Shown: positions 24,582 through 32,101 of the stretch, piece by piece
How the letters are laid out: every line of letters begins with the position of its first letter
Numbering within the stretch: the stretch's first letter is position 1
Origin: a virus
Direction: 5' to 3' (one strand)
Virus record (IMG/VR): IMGVR_UViG_3300027640_000001
Length of the DNA stretch: 35,852 nucleotides
Made by a program: the position numbers and the translations under genes
The notes under the pieces: generated by a model
What the model was told of the DNA's origin: nothing
The model's database searches: none
What the model saw: only the letters and a program-made list of their open reading frames with translations

Positions 24582-25148
24582 ATGTTAATTGGCCAACTTT
24601 TAAAACCATATAGCTATCTGACCATTCGTCATCCATATAAATGGGTGGTTGACTGGCTATATCCTGGGCTGTTGGCAGTCGCCACGATGGCGACTTTAGT
24701 AAGCACGGGTAACATCCAAACAGCTATGGATCCGGAGGGTGCAGTATCAATGCTGCTATTCTTTATACAATCCCTTCCTGGCTTCTATATAGCTGCCCTG
24801 GCTGCAATAGCGACATTTGGGCGAGCAGATATCGATAGCATTTTGCCGGAGCCTACACCTAGGATCAAAATCCGGTTCCGTAATACCGACAACCTAGTTG
24901 CACTAACTCGCCGCCGCTTTTTGGCAATGTTGTTTGCTTTCCTGACAGCTGAAAGTATTACCCTCGTATTATTTTCAGTTTTTCTTGTTTCATACTCTGG
25001 AGATATAGCAAATCTGAATGTAAACGAGTACCCGCTTGGCGAGTGGCTGATAGCAGCAATGGGGCTAGGATACTTTGTTGCTCTATTTCAGATGCTCATA
25101 GTAACGTTTTGGGGGCTGTATTACCTAGGACATAAGTTGCACGAATAA
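24582..25148 (+). CDS. Unknown 188-aa four-TM membrane protein, second gene of the cassette (candidate RexB-like effector)
   Basis: The ATG lies 3 nt after the upstream TGA. Hydrophobic segments are about aa 21-41, 54-79, 111-138 and 155-183. Line 24541-24600 is 42% GC by hand count. Confidence 0.75.
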   Translation: MLIGQLLKPYSYLTIRHPYKWVVDWLYPGLLAVATMATLVSTGNIQTAMDPEGAVSMLLFFIQSLPGFYIAALAAIATFGRADIDSILPEPTPRIKIRFRNTDNLVALTRRRFLAMLFAFLTAESITLVLFSVFLVSYSGDIANLNVNEYPLGEWLIAAMGLGYFVALFQMLIVTFWGLYYLGHKLHE

Positions 25149-25172
25149 CCTTTCGAGTAATTGGTTTGATCT

Positions 25173-25592
25173 TCAAACTATTTCTCGCACCATCGGCCAC
25201 CGATCATGGATCCAGGAATACTCCTCCGGCGGCGTGCTGGTGACCACATAGACGCGCCGCTGCTCTCCCTCCCCCAATACCAGGCAGTCCAGCGCGAAGC
25301 CTGCCTGCATGTCGAACCAGTGGGATTTTCGCGACGCGTCTTTCTCCATGTAGCGCTGCACCAGGCCGAACGCACGTAGCGGCTCGTATTTCGCCCAGCC
25401 GCCCCGCTCTACCGTCTCCAGCCGTGCCCAGCCGCCTTGCGGGCCTTGGCCGGGCTCTTCGCGGCGTCGACCCCACTTGACCCAGCCCAGCGACTCGCCG
25501 CCCTCCAGCATCACGGGGAATGCGGCCTTGGGGCTGGGGAAATAGACCTTGTAGGCCTTCTCGGCGTCTCGCGCTTCTACGCCACCGCACAT
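25173..25592 (-). CDS. Miniature SRAP (SOS-response-associated peptidase/YedK)-like protein, 139 aa
   Basis: Strong SD (GGAGGcaaccATG). N-terminus MCGG (Cys2), ARLETV, and SWIHDRWPMV resembling the SRAP IHDRMP motif. It diverges from umuDC across a LexA box. Confidence 0.6.
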   Translation of the reverse strand: MCGGVEARDAEKAYKVYFPSPKAAFPVMLEGGESLGWVKWGRRREEPGQGPQGGWARLETVERGGWAKYEPLRAFGLVQRYMEKDASRKSHWFDMQAGFALDCLVLGEGEQRRVYVVTSTPPEEYSWIHDRWPMVREIV

Positions 25593-25650
25593 GGTTGCCT
25601 CCGGTCATCGGGCCGTTGTTTCCAATTGACCGCGAGGGGTCTCTTTCGTT

Positions 25651-25670
25651 TACTGTATGCGCATACAGTA
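25651..25670. promoter_or_regulatory. LexA (SOS) box
   Basis: TACTGTATGCGCATACAGTA is a perfect palindrome of CTGT-N8-ACAG type. It is preceded by TTGACC (25626-25631). It lies 19 nt upstream of umuD and 59 nt upstream of the SRAP-like gene. Confidence 0.85.
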
Positions 25671-25688
25671 TTTTACGGAAGTTGCTTT

Positions 25689-26126
25689 ATGACGCTCACC
25701 ATTCTGGGTCGCGAGGATCGGCTGCGGCACCTGCTGCCGGAAGCCGCCGACCTGCGCATTACGGGCTTTCAGTCGCCCGCCGAGGACGAGAAGGAAGGCT
25801 GCCTGTCGCTGGATAGCCTGGTGGGCCTCGGGGCGCCGCAGATCTGGGTGGTTAGGGTCGACGATGACAGCCTGCTGGGCTTCGGCATGTACCCGGGCGA
25901 TCGCCTGGTGGTGGACCGCTCGGCCCGCTGCGCGCCGGACTGCTACGTGGTGGTCGGGATGGATGGTGAAAGCCAATACCGGGTACGGCTGCTGACCGAG
26001 GATGCCGACGGGCGCCTGGTACTGAAAGCCGCCCACCGTTTCGCCGCTCCGATCAACCTGGAGCTCGAGGAGCTGGTCGAGATTTTCGGCATGGTGCGCT
26101 GGGTCATCAGCTATGTGGGGCGCTGA
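25689..26126 (+). CDS. umuD: UmuD/RulA-like protein (LexA-type S24 fold) with an apparently degenerate active site
   Basis: ATG at 25689. GFQSPAED corresponds to GFPSPAAD, DDSL to GDSM, and YRVRLL to FTVKKL. Confidence 0.75.
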   Translation: MTLTILGREDRLRHLLPEAADLRITGFQSPAEDEKEGCLSLDSLVGLGAPQIWVVRVDDDSLLGFGMYPGDRLVVDRSARCAPDCYVVVGMDGESQYRVRLLTEDADGRLVLKAAHRFAAPINLELEELVEIFGMVRWVISYVGR

Positions 26127-26128
26127 GC

Positions 26129-27394
26129 ATGCCCATCTTTGCGCTGATTGATTGCAACTCGTTCTACTGCAGCTGCGAGCGGATTTGCCAGCCGGAGCTC
26201 AAGCGCAAGCCGGTGGTGGTGCTCTCGAACAACGACGGCTGCGTGATCGCGCGGACCAGCGAGGTGAAGCAGCTCGGCATTCCAATGGGTGCGCCCTTCT
26301 TCCAGGTGCGTGACCAGCTCGCCGCCGCCGGGGTGGTGGTGCGCTCGAGCAACTACACGCTGTACGCCGATATCAGTAACCGGGTGATGACGGTGCTGGC
26401 CAGCATGCTGCCGGCGATCGAGGTGTATTCCATCGACGAGGCCTGGGGCGATATGTCCGGCGTACAGGAGGACCTCACCGACTACGGCAAGCGGATCCGC
26501 GCGCGGCTGCTGCAATGGGTGGGCATGCCGGTGGGCGTGGGCATCAGCACGACGAAGACGCTCGCTAAGCTAGCTAACTGGGCGGCGAAGAAGTGGCCGG
26601 CCACCGGCGGCGTGGTGGACCTGACCGACCCGGCCCGGCAGGAACGGCTGCTGCGCATCGCGGCGGTGAGTGAAGTCTGGGGCGTTGGCCGGCGCCTGGC
26701 TGCGCGCTTGCGGCCGCTGGGCATCGAAACCGCGTGGGATCTCGCCCAGTACGACATCGGCACCCTGCGTAAGACGTTCGGCGTCACCCTGGAGCGCACC
26801 GCGCGCGAGCTGCGCGGCATCAGCTGCATCGGCATGAACGAAGGCCCGCCGCCGAAGCAGGCGATCTGCTCGAGCAAGATGTTTGGCCGCAAGCTGCGGG
26901 ACCTGGAACCCATCCAGGAAGCGATGGCCACCTACGTCACCCGCGCGGCCGAGAAGCTCCGCCAGCAGGAGTCACTCTGCGGGGCGCTGCAGGTGAGCCT
27001 GCAGACGCAGTACCACAACCCGGAACTGCCCCGGTACGCCAACGGCATCACCTGCCCGCTCGCCACGCCCACCGACGATACCCGCGACCTGCTGGCCGTC
27101 GCCCTGCGCGGGCTGCGCCATATCTACCGCCCCGGCTACGCGTACTCGAAGTGTGCGGTGCTGCTGATCGATCTGAGCCAGCGCGGGGAAGTGACGCCGG
27201 ACCTGTTCGCGCCGGCACCGCGGCGCGGCGCGGAACGCTTGATGAGCATCGTCGATCAGATCAACAAGCGCGAGGGCCGCGGTACGGTACGCCTGGGCCG
27301 GGTACCCGCTGAGCCGGAATGGGGCATGCGCCGCGACATGAAGAGCCGCTGCTATACCACCAACTGGGACGAGCTGATTACCGTCGGCGCCTGA
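26129..27394 (+). CDS. umuC: Y-family DNA polymerase UmuC/RulB-like
   Basis: MPIFALIDCNSFYCSCERICQPELKRKPVVVLSNNDGCVIARTSEVKQLGI...YSIDEAW is a canonical UmuC N-terminus. Confidence 0.92.
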   Translation: MPIFALIDCNSFYCSCERICQPELKRKPVVVLSNNDGCVIARTSEVKQLGIPMGAPFFQVRDQLAAAGVVVRSSNYTLYADISNRVMTVLASMLPAIEVYSIDEAWGDMSGVQEDLTDYGKRIRARLLQWVGMPVGVGISTTKTLAKLANWAAKKWPATGGVVDLTDPARQERLLRIAAVSEVWGVGRRLAARLRPLGIETAWDLAQYDIGTLRKTFGVTLERTARELRGISCIGMNEGPPPKQAICSSKMFGRKLRDLEPIQEAMATYVTRAAEKLRQQESLCGALQVSLQTQYHNPELPRYANGITCPLATPTDDTRDLLAVALRGLRHIYRPGYAYSKCAVLLIDLSQRGEVTPDLFAPAPRRGAERLMSIVDQINKREGRGTVRLGRVPAEPEWGMRRDMKSRCYTTNWDELITVGA

Positions 27395-27510
27395 ATTTTT
27401 TCGATCCGCTGCTAATGACACAACCGGAACGTGCTGAAAATCGGCTGTTCTCCGGGCGATTGGTAGGCGCCATCAGGCGCCGGGCGCTCGGGTGACGTGT
27501 AGGAGTGGAC

Positions 27511-27675
27511 ATGTCGAAGAACAGCATGCGGCAACATCACGATGTCGAGCGCGACGTGCAGCGCGAACTGAATGACCAGGAACAGGAACTGCTGAGCCTG
27601 TTCAATCAGCTGAGCGAGGCAGACAGGCAACACATTGTCAGGCTAATGCATGCGTTGCGGGACACGTCCCCCTGA
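27511..27675 (+). CDS. Small ORF (54 aa), below the ORF-track cutoff; resembles the CI C-terminal segment
   Basis: AGGAG lies 5 nt upstream of the ATG. Sequence MSKNSMRQHHDVERDVQRELNDQEQELLSLFNQLSEADRQHIVRLMHALRDTSP. A terminator follows immediately. Confidence 0.5.
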   Translation: MSKNSMRQHHDVERDVQRELNDQEQELLSLFNQLSEADRQHIVRLMHALRDTSP

Positions 27676-27681
27676 TACGAG

Positions 27682-27704
27682 AACCCGGCCTAGCGCCGGG
27701 TTTT
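27682..27704 (+). terminator. Rho-independent terminator between the accessory region and the tail operon
   Basis: AACCCGGC-ctagc-GCCGGGTT followed by TTGCTT. Confidence 0.7.
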
Positions 27705-27706
27705 GC

Positions 27707-27820
27707 TTACATGCACATCGGCGCGGTGTCGCACCCTTCCAACTCTTCGTCGATCAGCTCCCAGGCGGAGCGTGCCGGCGGTTCGGGTGGTGGTGCTAAC
27801 GGTTCCTGCTGGTCGCTCAT
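27707..27820 (-). CDS. Possible 37-aa ORF translationally coupled to gpD
   Basis: The ATG at 27820 forms ATGA with the D stop. Sequence MSDQQEPLAPPPEPPARSAWELIDEELEGCDTAPMCM. It ends at the terminator. Confidence 0.3.
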   Translation of the reverse strand: MSDQQEPLAPPPEPPARSAWELIDEELEGCDTAPMCM

Positions 27821-29070
27821 GCCTGCAGCCGCTCCCATTCCCGCTTCACCGCCCGCTCCGCACTGGCTTTGCTCTGGTACAGGTGCGTCAGCCTTTTGGG
27901 GCTGGTCTGGTCGCCCTCGGTGATCTTCTTTTGTTCGCCGGTCTTCTCGTCCCGGTACCAGGCAACGATGCCGGTGTAGCTGCCCGCCTCGACCAGCTCG
28001 GCGATGTCGTCGGCGTCCGGCAGTTTCGATTCCAGCTCGAGCGCGGTGGTGTAGGCCTCCGGTGTGAAGCTGTGGCGCACGTTGGCGCCGAGCCAGACGA
28101 TGGCGGCGATCTCGGTTTTGATGCCGGTGAGGCTGTACGTCAGCTCGGGGATCAGCTCCGGCCGGCCCTTAGCGAGCACGTAGCTGAGCGTGCCGGTACC
28201 ACGCTGCAGGCGGCTCCACTCGGCGCGTGCGGCGCGCAGGGCCGCTTCCTGGTCGGTGTAGGTGTGGCGCAAGTCCTTGAGGTTGTCGCCGCCGCCGGCG
28301 ATGGCCTCCTTCTTCTCGGCGCTGTTGACCTCGTAGTAGTAGGCACGCACGCCGCTGTAGCTGTCGCGATCCGCCTCGAGGTAACGGTGCTGGTCACCGT
28401 CCGCCCGGGTCAGGGAGATATGCGGCAGCGCGGCGCCGCTGGCGGTGACGGATTTGCCGACCGGCATGAACAGCAGCCGCCCGGCCTTGATGGCGGCGAT
28501 GGCGTCGAACTGCTCGCCCAGGCGCGAAAGCAGGTTGGCATCGGATTCGTTGGCCTGGTCGATATGGGCCAGCTCGATGACGCTGAGCGCCGCGCTGACC
28601 ACCGCCCCCAGTCCGTAGGCACCGGCAATGGATTGAACGATCACGCCGAGCGTCTGGCCATGCCAGCTGCGCTCCTTCTTCGCCTTGAGGCCTCCGCGCA
28701 GGTCGGCGCTGCGGGCGCGGATGCGCAGCTGATCCGGCGCGCCGCTGTGCTCGGTTTCATCCACCGTGTAGCTGCCCTTGCCGACCAGACCGGTGTCGCT
28801 CCAGCCGAGCCATAGCTGCAGCTTGGCGCCACGCGGCGGGATGGCGAGCAGCCCGTCGTGGTCGGACAGCGTGACGGTGAGCTGGTCCGCTTCCATGCCG
28901 CGGTTGTCGGTCAGCTCGATGCTGACCAGGCGCTTCTCGATCGCGGCGGTGATGTCTTGCCCGTTGACCATCAGCCGGCAGATCGGCTGCGGGTAGGCCG
29001 TCGCATCGCGGTAAGCCTCGCCGGCCCTCTTCAAGTAGCCGCCGGCCTGGCTCAGAACCTGATCGATCAC
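27817..29070 (-). CDS. gpD: Tail protein gpD-like (late control D)
   Basis: 417 aa, last gene of the FI...D operon. Confidence 0.88.
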   Translation of the reverse strand: MIDQVLSQAGGYLKRAGEAYRDATAYPQPICRLMVNGQDITAAIEKRLVSIELTDNRGMEADQLTVTLSDHDGLLAIPPRGAKLQLWLGWSDTGLVGKGSYTVDETEHSGAPDQLRIRARSADLRGGLKAKKERSWHGQTLGVIVQSIAGAYGLGAVVSAALSVIELAHIDQANESDANLLSRLGEQFDAIAAIKAGRLLFMPVGKSVTASGAALPHISLTRADGDQHRYLEADRDSYSGVRAYYYEVNSAEKKEAIAGGGDNLKDLRHTYTDQEAALRAARAEWSRLQRGTGTLSYVLAKGRPELIPELTYSLTGIKTEIAAIVWLGANVRHSFTPEAYTTALELESKLPDADDIAELVEAGSYTGIVAWYRDEKTGEQKKITEGDQTSPKRLTHLYQSKASAERAVKREWERLQA

Positions 29071-29507
29071 AGCAGCCCCCGCAGGATGTCGCCGGCCGTG
29101 GTGGTGGCCGCACCGAGCATATCCACGCGCCCATCATCGATGCGCGCGAGCTTGAGGGTGAATTCGATGCGCCGCGCGGCGCCGTCGCGGAAGAACAGCG
29201 TACGCGTCTCGGTCAGCGACTCGATCACCCACACGCCGTAGATGCGCCCGGTGCCCTCCACCAGTGGCCAGGCCTTGCCGGTGTCAGCCATGAACCGCAG
29301 GGTATCGAGGCTCAGCGTGGTGCCGGCCAGCGCGGGCAGCAGCACGCCTGGCAGCGTGATGATGTCGTCGCCCTTGCCGGTGAACTGCCGCGCCGGGTTG
29401 GTGCCGATGCGCGAGGTGCTGCCGTGGCGCCAGTCCGTCTGGCGCTGGAATTCCTGGTAGGCCAGGGTTTCCAGCGAGAAAACGAACATGCCGAGGGCCA
29501 TCATCAT
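29067..29507 (-). CDS. gpU: Tail protein gpU-like
   Basis: MMMALGMFVFSLETLAYQEFQRQTDWRH... is a typical gpU. Confidence 0.88.
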   Translation of the reverse strand: MMMALGMFVFSLETLAYQEFQRQTDWRHGSTSRIGTNPARQFTGKGDDIITLPGVLLPALAGTTLSLDTLRFMADTGKAWPLVEGTGRIYGVWVIESLTETRTLFFRDGAARRIEFTLKLARIDDGRVDMLGAATTTAGDILRGLL

Positions 29508-29521
29508 GCGTGGTACTCCTG

Positions 29522-32101
29522 CTAGTCCTGGTCGTGCATGGTGGAACGGGAACGGGCGCTCTTCTCGCGTGCGATCCGCTCGACCTCAGCCCGCACGGCG
29601 TGAGCGATGGCCTGTGCATCCATGCCCGGCGCCGCGTTGATGGTGAAGTTGTAGGTATCGCCAGCAGCGCCCGATGCTGCAGCGCTGGGGCGTGCGGCCA
29701 GCGGTGGCCGCGTATCGAAATCAATTGGCGCCGCTGCCGCCGGCATCGCGCCGCCCGCGACGCTCAGCCCGACCGCACCGGCTGCAGTGAGGCGTTTGGC
29801 GGTACCGGCGAGCTGTTTGAGCGGGCCACCCTCGCCGCCGGCGAGCCCCTGCTCGAGGCCGGCCATGGTGTCGCCGCCTAGCCCGGCGAACACGCGGGAC
29901 GGGCTATGGATGCCGAGGGTCTCCTTGAACCAGCCAATGGCACTGCTGCCCATGCCGGTGATGGCGCTTTTGATCTGGCCGAGCCCCGCCATCAGCCCGT
30001 TGATGAGCCCGCTCACGATCATGTTGCCAAGGTCTGTGAAACGCACCGGAAGATCAGCACCGAGCGCGTTGAGCGCCGTGGCAAAGCCACGATAGATAAG
30101 TGCGACCGGGTTGAAATTGCCGAGGGTAGTGATGATCCCGCCCAGCCCGCCGCTGAAACCTGCCTTGACCTCGGCCCATAGCCCGCGGAAGTACGGGCCG
30201 ACGCGATCCCAGTTGCGGTAGATCAGGTAGGCGCCTCCAGCGATCGCGGTGATCGCCAAGCCGATGGGGTTCATCAGCAACGCACGACCAATGAACAAGA
30301 GGCCCTTGCCCACCAGCGGCAACGCGGTCTTGCCCAGGTTCATAAGCGTGGTGGTCATGCCCAGGCCCTTGATGCCGAACAGCATCATGCCGTAGCGCAC
30401 CATGGCGAACGGCCCTAGGATGCTGGCCATGGCCAGTGTGAGCCCGCCCATGCCGGCCATCAGCATGCCAACGCCCGCGGCGGTCTTGACGATGTTCGCG
30501 GCCAGCGTGGGGTTCTCGGCGATCCAGCTTTTCACCCCGCCGACGATGCCGGTGAGCGTCTGCGCAACGTCACGCATGGGGCCGTTCTGCTGGTCCTGTA
30601 GCTGAATGCCGAGGTCATCCCAGGCGCTGCCCAGAGCATCGAGGTCGCCGCGCAGGTTGTCGCCCATGGTTTTGGCCGTCGCGCTGGCTTCGCCTTCAGT
30701 CTGCTTGAGCGTGCTGACGAACTCCTGCAGGGCGCCGGTACCGGCCTGCTTGACCAGCACCTGCATGCCGGCAACAGCCTCCTCGCCGGCGATATGCTTG
30801 AGCAGGCCCGCCCGCTCAGCGTCGCCCATGTTCTTGGTTTTTTCGTAGATCTCCTGCAGCACGGTGGGCATATCGCGCAGGTTGCCCTGGGCGTCTACCG
30901 CGCTGACGCCGAGCGTATCCAGCGCCTTTGCCGCAGCCTTTGGCGGTGCGCTCAGGCGGTTGAGGATCGCCCGCAGCGCGGTACCGCCCATGCTGCCCTG
31001 AATGCCCGCATCGCCGAGCTTGCCGGCCATGGCGGCGACCGTCTCGATGTCCTGCCCTACCGATGCCGCTACGGGTGCGGCGTACTTCATCGTCTCGCCG
31101 AGCATCTGCAAGTTGGTGTTGGAGCGGGTGAACGCGCCCACCAGGACGTCACCCAGGCGCCCGGTTTCGGATGCCTGCAGGTTGAAGCCGGTGAGGATGT
31201 TGGACGCGATATCCGCCGTCTCGGCCAGGCCGCTGTCACCGGCTTTGGCCAGGTCGAGCATGCCGGGCATGGCCGCCTGGATGGCCTTGGGGTCGAAGCC
31301 GGCCATGCCGAGGAAGCCCTGTGCATCGGAGGCGTCTATGGCGGTGAACTGGGTGCTCGCACCAAGCTGGCGGGCCTGCTCACGCAGCGCCTTCATTTCC
31401 GGGGAGTCTTTGCCCAGGCGAGTGAGCGCCTGCACCTTGCTCTGGCTGGCGTCGAAGTCGAGCCCGGGCGCCATCAGCTGGGCCCCGGCGTAGAGAATGC
31501 CGCCGCCAGTGGCCAAGCCGCCCGCGCCTGCCCCCGCCATGCTGCCGGCGAGCTGCTGCGAGCGTTCGTATTCAGCCTTGGCCTTGCCCAGTTGCTTCTG
31601 CTGCGCCGTGAGCCGCTTGAGCCGCGTTTCCTGTTGGGCCAGGGTTTGATTGGTCTGGCTGACCCTATTGCGCAGGTCGCGCTCGTGCTGGCCGAGTTTG
31701 CGGGTACTGATGCCCGCCTCGTTGAGTTTGCCGCGCAAGGCCTGGAGCTCGCGCTGCTGCTCGCTGTGCTTTTGCTTGAGGGCCTGGCCCTGGCGCGCAG
31801 CGCGCTGGAATTCGTTGGTCAGCGCCTTGGTCGGGCTGGCGGTGTTGGCCAGCTCGCGGGACAGCTGCTTGAGCTTGTCGCGGTTGGCCTGCATGGCGGC
31901 GCCGGTGCGCTCGCTCTCGCCCTTGAGGGCACGAAAGCTGGAGACGTCGCGCTGCTGGGTTTGCAGGCCTTTGAGTTCGGTGCGGGTCTCCTTGAGGGCA
32001 CGGCCCAGGCCGACGGCGCCGGTCATCACGGTGCGCATCGGCCGGGTGGCATTGTCCAGGGCCTTGAGGTTGACCTTAAGGTTTAGATCCCGCTGCGCCA
32101 T
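29522..32101 (-). CDS. gpT: Tail tape measure protein gpT-like
   Basis: 859 aa from the ATG at 32101 (SD GGGAG). It has helical repeats and a Gly/Ala-rich hydrophobic core. The GTG at 32122 in the ORF track is less likely. Confidence 0.88.
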   Translation of the reverse strand: MAQRDLNLKVNLKALDNATRPMRTVMTGAVGLGRALKETRTELKGLQTQQRDVSSFRALKGESERTGAAMQANRDKLKQLSRELANTASPTKALTNEFQRAARQGQALKQKHSEQQRELQALRGKLNEAGISTRKLGQHERDLRNRVSQTNQTLAQQETRLKRLTAQQKQLGKAKAEYERSQQLAGSMAGAGAGGLATGGGILYAGAQLMAPGLDFDASQSKVQALTRLGKDSPEMKALREQARQLGASTQFTAIDASDAQGFLGMAGFDPKAIQAAMPGMLDLAKAGDSGLAETADIASNILTGFNLQASETGRLGDVLVGAFTRSNTNLQMLGETMKYAAPVAASVGQDIETVAAMAGKLGDAGIQGSMGGTALRAILNRLSAPPKAAAKALDTLGVSAVDAQGNLRDMPTVLQEIYEKTKNMGDAERAGLLKHIAGEEAVAGMQVLVKQAGTGALQEFVSTLKQTEGEASATAKTMGDNLRGDLDALGSAWDDLGIQLQDQQNGPMRDVAQTLTGIVGGVKSWIAENPTLAANIVKTAAGVGMLMAGMGGLTLAMASILGPFAMVRYGMMLFGIKGLGMTTTLMNLGKTALPLVGKGLLFIGRALLMNPIGLAITAIAGGAYLIYRNWDRVGPYFRGLWAEVKAGFSGGLGGIITTLGNFNPVALIYRGFATALNALGADLPVRFTDLGNMIVSGLINGLMAGLGQIKSAITGMGSSAIGWFKETLGIHSPSRVFAGLGGDTMAGLEQGLAGGEGGPLKQLAGTAKRLTAAGAVGLSVAGGAMPAAAAPIDFDTRPPLAARPSAAASGAAGDTYNFTINAAPGMDAQAIAHAVRAEVERIAREKSARSRSTMHDQD

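Noticed and set aside
23583-25148. Assigning the two-gene cassette to Kiwa (KwaA 4-TM plus KwaB) or to a CBASS/Pycsar cyclase-plus-TM-effector pair
   Set aside because: The sizes and four-TM topology resemble Kiwa, but the gene order is inverted, and I cannot recognise DUF4868 by eye. I see no GS...DxD nucleotidyltransferase motif or class III cyclase motif in the 331-aa protein. I left it as unknown or Rex-like pending HMM searches.
27412-27633. 73-aa minus-strand ORF in the umuC-D gap
   Set aside because: It has no SD and an odd composition. The opposite strand carries a shorter ORF with an AGGAG SD that ends right at a terminator, and I preferred that one.
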